Source of the DNA: Yuukianura sp. NJ FZ-2021
Taxonomy: Eukaryota
Length of the DNA stretch: 64,000 nucleotides
Assembly (NCBI GenBank): GCA_046563655.1
Contig: CM102289.1
Coordinates: 3,658,001-3,722,000 of the forward strand
Direction: 5' to 3'
Shown: piece by piece, positions 1-13,300 of the stretch
How positions within the stretch are numbered: position 1 is the stretch's first letter
Layout: each line of letters starts with the position of its first letter
Notes under the pieces: model-generated
Seen by the model: the letters and a program-made list of their open reading frames with translations, nothing else
What the model was told of the DNA's origin: nothing
The model's database searches: none
Program-made: the position numbers and the translations under genes

Positions 1-1
1 C

Positions 2-1449
2 CCTAATTGTTCTTGCGACAACGAGTGCACGGAGACACCGTCTTGCGACCGTTTTGACTGCACTGTAACTGGAGAGATTTGCGCCGCAGAAGAACCAATA
101 TGTTCCGAACCGGGCGAGCCAGACTGTTTCCTTATTGATCCCCTACCAAATTGCACCGTGACGTGTCCCGAATGCACAATCAAACGCGGAAAATGCGAAG
201 TAGGTTAAACTTTTTTCTAGTAAAAACCTTACAACGTTAAAAAGTGAAATTTGATTTCAGAAATACTCAAGTTCTCAGAAATTCCAAAAGCAATAACTAA
301 GATTTTTAATTTTTTTGTATTCATAAAATTCTCTTTACAATTTGAATTTTCAGTTGATTCAGCCAGTTTGCACAGTAACAGGAACGCCAAATTGCACAAC
401 GACTACGTCGACAGATTGCACATTAATTCCTCCGGAATACGAAGTCGTACCAGGCAAATGTTCGTTGATCCAGCAACCCTGCGCCGTTACGAAGCCAGAA
501 GAACCGTGCAACCGCCCTGTCAACTGTACTTTTCAATACAATCCAAGCTGCGAAGCGGGTCACAATCGACCGGTTTTTGGAAGTTCAAATTCAGAATACA
601 ATCTGCCAAAGAACTGCTCCATGAATTGTCCAGGCGGCCGATGCTCAAATCCGTGTCCCATCAACGACAAGTGCTGTAGAGTATTCAACTGCGTTCCTGA
701 TTTGATTTGCCAGGCTCCACCAGGTGAAAAATCAAATCAAAAAAATTTTGTTTAAATTTTTAGTTGCTAAAAGTATAATTTCCAACTTTAGTCGTTTGCC
801 CTCCGCCAATCTATCACTGTCTCCCCGCTGAACTCGTGAAAATCAGTGAAGAGAGACTTGACTGCGGTGAACAAGAAACTGTTTGTGACTCGCCGACTGT
901 AGAGTGTACTAAGGTTTGTAACATTTGAAATGAATACCGAAATCGAACAAATTGTTAAATGAGTAGTACTTAATTAGTTAAAATATGTTATTAAAAAAGG
1001 TTCAAAAGAAATGCGAAGAAGATGTCATAACCTGTCCACCGCCAAAAACCGTTTGCACTCCTGCTGTTTCACATTGTACCCGACGTAAGTAATGTTTCAA
1101 CAATGTTTTTTACCACCCAAGATTTAGAACTAACTTTTGCACAATAACTTACACTTGATTTGTAGCCAATTTGAGCTGCTCAAAACCAATTGTCAACTGC
1201 CAGAAGCCTACGATCGACTGCCCGCCTCTCCCAACGTGTGAGATACCGCCCAGTTGCTATAGTAACCAGGGGTATCTGACTAGCTCCGATTGCAACTGTC
1301 GCCAAAAACGAGAAATCAAAGACAAAGGAGCTCTGGTGGCTGCCAAATGTGTGTCACTTAAGAAATCCATGGGATACAAATGGGTTGTTGAAGAGTGTAA
1401 CAAGGCCAACTACTTTATTTGTGAAGAGGCTCATTCAGTTTTCTTTTAA
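2..1449 (+). CDS. Cys/Pro-rich repeat protein with C-type-lectin-like C-terminus (5' end outside window)
   Basis: Phase-compatible GT-AG exons <2-199, 354-723, 792-913, 1000-1084, 1166-1449 read as continuous C-x(5-7)-C, Pro-rich repeats. Ends RQKR-EIKDKGALVAAKCVSLKKSMGYKWVVEECNKANYFICEEAHSVFF*. AATAAA at 1460-1465. Confidence 0.8.
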
Positions 1450-4400
1450 GTTTTCAACGAATAAAAATTTTTAGACTCTAAAAATTTTAACACTTTTAAG
1501 CATGTAAATTCCAAAAAAAAACAAACAAATATTTAGTCTGTTAGCCTAGTGCAAATAAAAAATATATAAAAAATTGAATTTATTCCTACGTTATAAATCC
1601 TACGTTTAGATAATCAATTCTAGGACTCTGCCCAGAGTCCATTTTCATTTGGAAAAATTTTCCAAACCAGCCTCTTCATTATGAACTATTTTCTTTTCAT
1701 CGCAGACCGGGCATGCAAAAACCTATACTTTTATAATAAATAACGCAAAAGGAATCAGTTCAAGGATAAATTCTGTTAAAGAAATTTGTTATGAAATATA
1801 ACTATAGCTATAACTACAACAATAATTATAAATAAAACAATTTTTTAACTGAATTTCATTTTAGGAACAAGTTTTTTTTTCAATTTATCATTCTGATAAA
1901 AATGTGAATAGATTATGAGGGAATCATATCGATTCCCAAGAAATCCGATACACTAAGAGGCTTGATTTACGTTACTCATCTGTAGATGGGCAAAATCCAG
2001 GCTCACAGATTGAGTTCCCTCATCGTATGCTAATATTTACTATTCCTCAAATCCGGTATTTGGATAAGCAGGTCGTATTACTCCACAAAACTTTCTCTTT
2101 ATTTCTGCTTTGAAACAATCCTGGCTTTCAACTTTCTCTAACAAGCGAAATTCTAATTTTCCTTGCCCTATTTTCTATTTCATTCTTCGGAAGGTAGAAA
2201 CAAATTATATTTGTAAGCCGACATTTGAAACGATTGCTTTTGAACATCACATTAAGCCGACATCACAAAAACATGTGAGAGAAAATTTACGCATACATCA
2301 TGCAATTTGAAATGCATCCACCGCTTTTTCTTATGGAAAGTATATAGCACAAAGTCTAAAATGAAAGTTTCATCTGCCTTCCTGGTTAGTAACAGTACAA
2401 ATAGACTTACCTATTATAACCTAATCATGTTCTAACTTAATTCAATGATACCATGTTTGCTGTTCCAAGACGAGAGGTGTTCACTCAATTGCACAGCAAC
2501 TATAAACCTGGAAACCATCATGAAGATGCCCCGTTTTGTTTAGAAGACTTCACCGGCATGAACGAACCTGGCAGGTTTTGATTCTGGAAGCCTTGTGCGA
2601 CTGCTCCATAACTACAGAGGGTCAATTCTCGGACTAGGCAAGGTCAAAAGTCAAACTCGTGTTTATAAGGTTGTTAAAGCCGTCGAAGCTGTTAGTGGCT
2701 ATTAGCATGCCATTTGAACGGGTTTCTTTGCAAATGGGGCTTCAAAACCTATTTCATGTTTCTTTTCCTTTCATTCGCTGGATATTCATCAGAACGAAAA
2801 ATTACCTTCAGCATCTCCGTTCATCTTGGAAACTAAAACTAAAAATTCATGAGAATCGCCAAATTAGTTTTGCAAGAGAACCAACAGGTTGAAACATACT
2901 TCTGCTGGCTATTTGGTGGGATGCATTGCCTTAATTAATATGCATGAGATTTTGTCTGAAGCTTTCTCTGCTGAATTAGATCTTTTGCATCGAAATGAAG
3001 TTCTCTGAAGAGAACGACGCTCAAGTTCAAAGCACAACGAAGAAACACGGTATCGCAGTTCCGAATTTCCCATTAACCTCCACTGCCTCGGGTTTTGGTA
3101 ATTTAAGTTGAAGACGGAAATTCTTGAACGCCTGCATTTCCAAAACATAATTACTAATTTGAAATTAAAATTTTACTTGTTCTTGAAAAATTTCAGGCGG
3201 AGTCATTTTTGGAGGATACTTCAGAGAAAAAAATGCCATGTGAGAGTCAAAAATTCAAAAAGATTGAGCCATTTTTCAGAAAAGCTAAATGAGTCCTGCC
3301 GTTGATAAATTGATCATGAAAAAAGTGAAGAACTAACCAGCCGCGAAGAAATGCTGAAAAGATGCTGACTGTTTGACGCTGAAATCATGAAGGCTGCTAC
3401 AATTGAGGAGATTGATTGGCAGAGAATTTTTCTTTGGACTTGGCTTCTACACAGCTACTTTCACGATAGACGAGGACTTTCACTTTTCTGTGACTTTCCA
3501 CAGTGAGAGTCCATCGATCGTTCTCTCGAGGGAAATTCTGAACAAAACAATCTCTACCTCTGCCTCCAATCTAGTTCATGGTCCAACTCTCCAACATTGT
3601 GGTTGACGAACGAGAGAGTCCAGAACAGTATATCAATCGGCCCTAATCAACTCCAGCTCATTGTGGTCATGACCAAGGATCGATCCTGCGCTACACATTC
3701 CTCCAACTCTCAGTTGTTTGTTACCTTGACTAAGCGTAGTGACTCTGCGCAAGTACTTTTCGTCGTCCATTTTGTACAAAAAGATAAAACGGGTCAAAAG
3801 ATCTATGTTTGATTCAGTACGATTTAAACTAAATATTGAGACTACAAGTAATACCGGAATTAAGCATATGATTAAGTGAGCTTGGGCGACATCACAGATT
3901 GAGATTACGGTCGCCAGCGGCTTTCTATGGCACCAATCTTTTGGTTGTTTGGTGAATCCTTTATAGCGGGATATTGTGATTGGGAAGAATTATGAGGGAT
4001 TAGCTTTCTCTTCTGAGAAAGATAGCATAGGAAAATGAAAATTGGATCACAAAAAGTTTTGTTTGATGTCTTAAGTAAGCTGAAGCGTCCAGATGCCCCA
4101 GATTTCTAAACTCTGCGTCATCGCAAAACGAATACTTGAAAGACCTCTGAGACGCTACAGGCTCCTCCGCCAAAGGCATTTTGGTACGCGATACTTGCAT
4201 AAAAAAACTAAAACCGTTTTTGAATGAAAGTTGAAACGGCATATGTAGGTAACTCGTGTAGAAATTAATGCAACCAGGTCGATATTCTATATGTTAGTAC
4301 AGTATTTTTTTAATACAAGAGCATCTTGAAGTTGCGGAGTGTGTTACAGTAAGTATTACACCCTTGTGAATTCAATGCTTCAGATCTTGTTGCAGAAGTC

Positions 4401-5384
4401 GCTTCCAACTAACATTCCAAATCAATTATCGACGAGCGCAAATCGGTGCTGGCTGGATTCTGGAGAGCAGCCTACATTGTGAGCCCGATCCAACATTTTA
4501 ACATTTTTGTATAACTTTCGGTGGAATACGTTATGCTCAAAACGCCTTTTGCTTATAAAATGGATATTTGCTTATAGGGAATTCCACTGTACTGTAAATG
4601 TGTATATAGAAAAGAACTCTTAACAAACTGCTGACGCTGTGAAGACGCGTTGTGTCTCTCTTCAATTTTTGCAGGAATTTGTCGACGATGAGATTGCGTT
4701 CCTCAACTGAGAACTCCCGTTGTGCTCAGATCATCCGTGATGCAAAGCGTACATCATAGAACAATAGAAATTCCCTTATAGAAAAAACGGGATTGTTATT
4801 TTTAGACAAACAATATTGGAAAGTGAAAATATTTATCTCTGGAATTCTCTACTTTCTCTCTCTTTCTCCCTTCCTCCCACACGTTCTTACCATTCAGTGC
4901 ACGATATGGAATTAAGGCAAGAGCAGAGAATTTTAATTTAGGTCCATGAAGCAGGGCTAAAGGAGGATTTTAATATCTTGACAGGGAGCTTCAAAGGATA
5001 AGACTCGGGTTCCAAGCAGTTCTTACAAATACCCGCATTTCTAGAAAATGCTAAGGCTCTAAATCCTTTGGTTCTTTTCATTTCCACGCAAGACTTTTTC
5101 AAGCTCATTCCACAAAGAAACGTACATCTCAAGGATCTCAGGGATCAAAACGTCATGAAACAATTTCCGTCTGACATTTTCATTTTTCAAAAATATGTTC
5201 TGATCACCAATGCAGTGCAGTAAGGTAACGAGGTTGTTTGCCATGAAAAAAAATGTTATATCCTGTGCAGAAAGTGAGGCAAAAAAAAGAGTAGACAAAA
5301 AGCATGTTACGGCGCCTTTAGAAAGTTCAAGGACAATGTGGAGTACGAGTGTAAAGTAGTTGGGGTAAGAATAAGGTGTTTATT

Positions 5385-5576
5385 ATGGAAGCTGGAGAGA
5401 CTTTGGATGGAAATTTGAAGAAGGTGACTTTCTCTAGGCCAGAATCCAATGATGATGATGATGGCCGTAGCCTTCTTGGGCAGACCAACACAAACACGCA
5501 AGCCCAGAGGTTTTTTATGCTGGAACCCACAACCAACTCCCTGGAACCTTCTACTTCAAAGTCCACCTCAAATTGA
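5385..5576 (+). CDS. Possible 63-aa small ORF with RVxF-like motif (KKVTF)
   Basis: ATG 5385 to TGA 5576. LKKVTFSRPES resembles ETVTFSKPES in the downstream AKAP-like exon. No convincing splice donor seen. Confidence 0.25.
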   Translation: MEAGETLDGNLKKVTFSRPESNDDDDGRSLLGQTNTNTQAQRFFMLEPTTNSLEPSTSKSTSN

Positions 5577-7328
5577 GAACGATACAGAGAGGCTTCCAAG
5601 ACTCGCAGCTCAGTCGCAAACGGCAGCGCAACCAGCCACCATCGAAGGCTCAGTTGCCCAATGGCATTGCATTTTTGAAGTTTAAAGTTGACAAGATCCA
5701 GCATATCTTATTCCAGCCAGGGAAATTTTGAAAAAATAGGTGGAGTGCTTTCCTGCAAACGGAAGATCAAACTTTGAGGTTCCTTTTTGCAAAAGACATA
5801 ATTGACTCCAATTGTTATTTCTGGATTCAGCATTTATCCATTTGTACCCTCACTCTGCAGAACATTCCACTTTCTTTTGAATTCATTGGGTAAGTCTAGC
5901 TTTTCAAAAAAAGTTCTTAAACTCAATTTTCACATCCATTTGAGATCACACTGCTGTCCAAGTTCAATGCACAACTTCAAAGTTCCACTTAGATGGTAGC
6001 TTGCGTCCTTCGTTTGACCATAGTCAGACCTCTAATTTTGACCAGAGTCCAACAAAAACCCATTAAACATCAAAGCATTTGATGTATTTGATAGGAAACC
6101 AAAGAGCGTTTAAATTGGTTTGAACTCATGCTTTTTGGAGAACCTCAAAATGTCATGTTGCTCTTCTAGAAATCAATTTTGTGCGCTTTCTCTCTCTCCT
6201 GGTTTTTCTAGGACATGGGATGGGATGCTGGTCAAGTTCTTAAATCAGGCAGTCCAAAGTTTTTTTTAGAACTTTCCTTAGCTCGTTTTCTATAGAACTT
6301 TCTGTAGCAGCGTACTGGAAAACTAGGGAAAGCCAAAAAATTCAACGGCGCAAATCAAGTCTGAAAAACCCAGGTGAAAGCGTTCCTGGGAGAGTACACC
6401 TTTATGCTCAGGTTTTTGTAAAAACAAAGTGTGCTACTTTTCCCAAAGTTCAAGTTGAACAAACACTTCATGATTCTCAGTAGTTAACAATCCCATGTGA
6501 AACTTTCTTCAGTTTTCAATTTTTCAAAAAAAAAGTGAGTTCTTATTCCCTGGAGTAAAATTCAATAACTTCTAAATACTATATGTGTTATAATTTCAAG
6601 TATACACTTATGCTTTCAAGGACCAGTCTCAAAACTTACGTGAAACCAAAACACAAAACTTTTGTTTAGTTTGACTTATTTTTTCTAGAAGCTCATTTTA
6701 AGTTAGAAAAAGAAATCAAAATTGCCCAATTCCTGAATCGCATCATCTACTTTTCTTTTTTTTTTTTGTCAGTAACAGACGTAACAAATCACGTTTCTTT
6801 TCAGGACGTGGTTAGCTGACGGCAAAGGACTATTAAATATTCAGTAAGTGGAAAGCTCTGCAGTTGTGTGCTAAAGCTCAACATCTTGCTGACGAAGCTT
6901 CATTCAATTTTTCAACCAGCAGATCATCTTCTATTTACTTGATTTGTACCACCAGATTCACATTAAGCAACCATGAAGCCCTGAAACTCTAATGCCACAA
7001 GTGGAACCAACCCAAACAATTTTTCAAGTGGAACACTTTTCAGCGACTACTCTTATTGGATTTTCGTCTTATCCACAACCCACCACCAAGGACCCATTCA
7101 TAACAACTAACCAACCCAAGGAGCTGTTGGGCGATGATAGACTCTGTCCCTGGGAATTGGATGTGTAGTGTGACAAAGTGACTCCAGAGAGCGTTCTGGA
7201 AAAACCGAGACAGGAAGAGTAAGTAAATCAATTAGACGGAGAAAGCGAGGAAGGAAAATCCGGGAAGAAAGCTTCCTTTTCGCTTTTCCTCTTCGTCCAT
7301 CTCCTCAATTCAATTCAGTCAGTGCAGG

Positions 7329-10300
7329 ATGGAGACGCACACGCATACGAGATTCAGCGAAACCCGTAAGCCCATTTACTACTTTTCCCGCCTCTTCCTT
7401 TACCAATATTAATTGAAACCATCCTTTTACTTTTCCATCCATTTCAACAATCTACTTAGGCACTAATTGGCGGGATCCGATTCCGCTCAAAAAGAAATTT
7501 CTCCCCGTTTCCTCAAACGCCTTAAAGATCTCTTCAAAATTTCACTCAACCTTCCACAAAATTTAAAAAAAAATCGATTCAACTTTCTGCAAGCGCCTTA
7601 AAGATTTTTTCAACATTCTGCCAAGCTCTCACTGTTTCGTGATGGAAAAGACACTTTCTGAATAACAAATAGCCTTGTTTTGTCTCAGATTTGTTTAGAA
7701 AATGGTCCATAAGCTGGCAATCTATTTTGAATTGACGTAAAGGCTTGTGTAATGACGTAGCGTTTGTAAAGCGCGTGACGGAAGTGTTTGCAAGCTTAAT
7801 TACCCTTGGGACTTGAAGTTTAATTAGAATGGACTTGCCGCTGGCTTCGTTTTGACTTGTTTTTAGAACTTTATGTAGCGAATCGCTGAGTACTATAAAC
7901 ATTCATAAATATTCAACTGGTGGGTGAAGAAGTGAAAATGCGTTATTGCTACGCTAGAGACTCTGTTTAAGTACGTTGATGGCCTTCAGTTGTAACAAAT
8001 GGAGACTAATCAATGGAAATTGTCCACTTTGCTGCCAATGTGTTAAGGATGAGTGACTTTTAGACTATGTAATGAGCAGCATAATAAAATAACCCTCATT
8101 TGTTACGCCGTCTTACTTATAATTTGCTACGTTTTTGTTTGAGCTGAAATAATGTCTTATTTGTGCATTGTACGTCTGTCCAAACGTCAATAGTGGCTTT
8201 GGGACTATAAGCGGAGAATGGCATCATTCGAGTTACGTAATCAGAATAGAAAGTGTACATTCATTTAAAATTTGGAAACTTATAAACTGGAAAATACGCA
8301 AGTTATTGCTTACAAAAGATAAAGCAACCAGCGGCCTCTTAGGAAAGTTTGAATGGTGAAAAACTTTCAGCATGCTTTGCTTAAACAGGAAGTCGAAATA
8401 GCTTGAAAGTCAATCTGCCCTCTTTGTGCAGAAATCAAATTTCAACTAGAAAGTTTTGGAAGAAGCTTTTATGAAATGACTAACTAAATGAGTTAGGAGG
8501 CAGACATAGTCAATTTGCAGTTGCTAGATGGCAACTTTTGGCAAAATCAAAAGTTTGCAACTGAATTCAATAATTTTACTTCCGCTGACTTAGTGTAGTC
8601 CGCTGCTTTATTAAATTGTGAAGGTAAAAACGGATTTCTTAGATCAGTACGATCAAGGGATGCTCTGGCTTTGATCCAGTCAGATTCACATGACGCCAAT
8701 TTTTTATTTCGAAATCCTTTTCTCAGTTCTATTTTCAACAAAAATTGGTTCTCCAAAAATTCAAAAATCGATTAGGGTACACACCGAGGACAGGATGTAA
8801 TAATTTTACTCAAGTTGTTGTGTTTTTCGCTTAAGCGTTTATGCTAAATTGCAGCAATTTGAAAGCAATTATTCAATATTTTGGTAATGTCAAACCGATT
8901 GTTTAATCTGATGAACCTAAAATGGAAAGGAAGCAAGGTCTGCACGCTTTCTCTGAAACATGCGAACGACATGTTTCCGTTCTATAAAGCCTTGCTTAAG
9001 GCCAGACATCCCACTTCACTTAAGGGATTAATTAGAAATGACATTTTAGGCCTCTGAGAATCAACGTAGGTTGAGTAGTATGCAGTATATTTGGCTAGTT
9101 CATGGGGTTTAGGCATTACTTCTCAAACTTTCACAATTTGCTCTACAAAAGTGTTAGCTAATTTTAGTCAATAGATTTTATATTATAGTTTGTCTATTTT
9201 TAGAAGGCACTTTTATTTTCGTCGTTTTTTTCGCTTCCATTGCGGCGATTATTGGAAAACTCAGTTTTTGAAAAACGCTTTCTCCATTAGGTTTGTATAC
9301 AAAATTTCAAAAAATTAATAATTTCTGTGCTAACATTCATAAAGCGACTGTAATTGTTTCGAATTTGAAAAGTGCCTTCAAAAAAGAAACCAACTAGAAG
9401 TTGTCTATTCAAGTCAATTTATAAAACAGAAGTGTCTTTCTAGCATGTCGTTACACGGTGTGCTGGACAATTCGTCTATAAATTGTTACGCTACAATTAT
9501 ACTTTGGTTGTATTGAAGTAAAGTGGATGCAGAAATGAAAAAAATTGGAATTAGTTATGCGTAGACTTTCTTTGAGTTCGCTGAGCCATAACAATTTTTT
9601 CATGTTCCAATGACTTGCGCTTCAGTAAAGTTTGTGCGGAATTAATTTTTCAGATCGACTGCGTTCTTTAGTTTTATTTTGCCTTCCGCCTCAATAGTTT
9701 TTTTTTCCGTCAAAAGCTTTCGAGCAAACACTTCTCTCCCATGACCTCTGAATTTCAATGAGGCAATAAAAATGCAGTGCAGACTGATTTAAAAACTCTG
9801 TCGAGGGAAGATGTCATCTGTTTCCATTGTTGGAAGCTTTCAGTTCAGTATTTTGCAAATTGGAAGGAGAAGGTGGTAGAATTTTATTCTTGTGTCAACA
9901 GAGCTTATTTTGTGAAAAGGAGAATTCCGCTTCTGCTGCTGAAAGTTTGTTTCCTGCTGGTCCTCACAAACTAAAATAACTTATTCAACTTTCCCAAAAA
10001 GTTTCTGAATGTTTTGACAAGCAATTTGAAAAGGCTTTCAGGCTGTTATTCGTTGTCGCTACTTCAGACCTCAGAGCCCTTCGTATACGTGTGCCTGGAT
10101 TTTTGTTTTAAAAGGTCTCTGTTCGAAAGGTGAAAGTTCACCTCCCAATACTAAATGATTTTCCATTAGAACAATGTTAGATTTCTACTTCAGAAAAAAA
10201 TTTAAAGCATCAAAAACAAACAAACAAGCATCTTGCTCAAATTTTGCCAAACGAGATGACGGGAAAATGCAAGGTGGGTCTTTAAGAGGTTTGGCAATAG

Positions 10301-13300
10301 CTCGAGCTCCTAATTTTTTAAGCAAAATTTTCGAAAACGAATTCACCCAAGTTCAGTCGTCGTCGTTATGGCAATTTGAATTTAAAAAATGGAAAATTAA
10401 AAATCCTTCCATGGCTTCCCATGCACTGCTCTGTCAAATGAAACTGGTTTTTCACACTCGTAAACAAAATTGGTTCCAAATTGGTTCCATTTTTTGTTTT
10501 TTTGGCGATTTTTTCAAACATCGAGGTATTGCCTAACCTCTTTAAAGAAGCGTTGCTATAGTAACCTTGGGAAAATGTTTTACTACTTAATGCGACAGTT
10601 TTCCAGGAAAATAGTCTTATTCAGCATGTCGAAGACTATGTCTCTCTAAAATAGCTGTTTGTGTGGCACCGTAAAAACGTTTTTATGAAAATCAAAATAC
10701 TGCTGAGAAATGAATTTTTAAAAGTACATCTGAGAAAAAAATCAGTAGTACTAAAAATCAGCCACAATGTTAAAAGGAACTTGGTTTTAAGTTGATTAAT
10801 TCGAGTATTGAAATAAAAGAATAAGTAATACCATAAAATAAACTGTGTGCACTTAAAAGTAGTCTATCTTATTGTATTTCAAGACCAGGAGCAAACTTTT
10901 TGTAAAGAAATGGCTCCCAGTAGGATAATTCTAAAGTTCATGCGTGGGAAACCTACAACTGCTCTCATGAAGTTCTAGTGGAGCATGTTTTTACGAAGAT
11001 GGATCTAAATTGACGTAACTTTATTTTTTCCCAAGACAAAAACAAGCAAACGGTTTCTCCGCTGTCACTCGATTCGATTTTTCATTACTTTCAGTCTGAA
11101 CTTGACGTGACCTTTCCCTTAGTCCTTTCTCAAAAATTTATAGATGCAAGAAATTTTTCATTTCAAACTCAAAAGAATTCTAAAAAAGAGAGGGCAGAGA
11201 AAACCCAATAATTTGTCTTGTATTTTTTATTTTTGCTGAGTATAGCTCCAGGAAGCCCCAAAAGCTGTATGAAAGGAAGTCGGAGATTGAATTTTGAAGA
11301 TGAAGGAAATAATACGAGTAGCGCTGGCGGGTCTTCAACTGCCACTGGAACAACTTCCACGCACCACCACCACCATCATCATCACAGCGGCAGTTCCACA
11401 AAGAAAACGGTGGTTGTGACCCACCATTCTGAGACTCCACCGCAGAGCCCCACCACCAAACGAAGCGGAAAGACTGTCATGATCAAGTCTCCAGCAAGTG
11501 ACCGTGGAGCCACCACAACTTCTACGGGAGTGGGCACATCTTCGGCGTCGACCCAATGCGCCACAGAGATTCCTTTTCAGTTTCATCTAAGCCAGCACTA
11601 TGATAATCCACCACCCCCACCAAACTGCACTTCAAATGCGGCATATGAAGAGGAGAGACTGAAGAAACTGAGTCAACAGAATGCCCCAACTTCAGACGCT
11701 TCCGAATCCAAAAGTTCTTCAGAAACCGTCACTTTTTCCAAACCTGAGAGCTTACAGAATAACCACTCTGAGAAATTGCAACAGTATGATCCTCAACTCG
11801 TCGCCATTGCTTCGAAATTCGTAAACGAAATCATACAAAAGGCGACTCAAGAAGTAGCAGACAAGCACCAAAAGGTGAGTTTTAAATTGAGCTTTAAAGT
11901 TTTATGGAGGAAAAGCAACGGCTTTTAGAGCTGGATTGAGTTTGCAGCAACAAAAGAGCCTTTTTTGCTAAATTCTTGGAATATGCAATATGGTTAAAAA
12001 TTTCTATTTTGCAAGAACTTTGAATAAAACTACAGAGGAACAAAACATAGTTCTGCTAAATTGATTTTAGTTGAAAAATTTCAGAGATACCACTTTTATC
12101 ATCACGATTTCTAAAGGGAACAAATGGCAAAGGAAATTCTTATTGTCGGGTGTACATTTCCACTCGATGTATAAAAGATCTAAAACTACCAATGCAAATA
12201 TTTGCATTACTCTCATTGTGTTTGAATTTGGCCATGTTTTACGCCAAACAATTTATGTATAATGTATAGCCAAAACAAACATGAAATTCTAGAAAAAGAT
12301 TAAGCAAATGTCTTGTCACTAACAATTATGAAAGAAAAATGACAAGAATAAATCAGAAATAAAATAAAAAAAAAAAATGTAGAAGCGCAAAATTGACCAA
12401 GCATAAGCCGCTGTTCAACACTTTTTCGTTTCTACTGTTGCACAACATAACTACTGGTTCTTCTAACTATTTATGCATCAAAAAGCTAATGCTAAAACTT
12501 ATGTAAAAGCACCAATTTCAGGTTGAAAATGGGCCAAACAAAAGAAGTCATCTAAGATACACAACGCTTGAAACTTATCTGTATTTTAGGTTACGGCTGG
12601 TACGAAACGAGGTTCGACAACGTCGAGTTCCGTGGGAGAGCAGCTTCGACGCGGTAAGTTTTTCCTTCTTTTTTTTGCACTTTTAGTAATAAAAACTGAA
12701 AGGAAAAAGGCGTTCTTAAAAGGTGAAAGCCAAGGAAGTGAAAGTCAACGTGAGGGCGTAGGGGGTGCCATCAGGATAAATGTGTTCTTTTGTTACGCAG
12801 CCTGGCACAGCCACGGCTGTTCCATTTGCAATGCAAATCAATAGCTATTGAACGTCGTTCCATCGCCGTTGCTTAATTTCCGAAGCCTTGAATTACTTTT
12901 AGAACTCCCAGGAGATCCATTTGCGAATCCATAGTAGTCCTAATGCAGATAGATCGTTTCCGATAGTAGTCACAAATTTGTACAGTTGATTTATAGATTA
13001 TGTTAGAAGGTTTCTGAACCTTGTGCTGGATTAACTTGATATTTGAGACTTAGATTGAATTCAACAAGGAAAACCTATTGTTTGTACAGCTAACAAATGT
13101 GGATACTTGACACTATGTCGCACAGTGTATGTTTTTGGTTTACTACGAAACCATGTAATGAATTGGAGCATACCATTTTATCGAATGAATTACAGCGAAA
13201 CGAATTTGCTCGAATGAATTTCCCTGAAACTAATTACAACGAAAGTCGAATCACAACGAAAGTGTACTTGAATGAAAGAAATGCAGACACAAAGTTGTGT

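Noticed and set aside
251..679. 142-aa ORF
   Set aside because: Alternative frame over the Cys-rich exon, starting inside an intron.
12522..12653. Longer version of AKAP-like exon 3 using the acceptor at 12521
   Set aside because: It ends in phase 0, incompatible with the 15227 exon; the 12590 acceptor gives a consistent model, though alternative use is not excluded.
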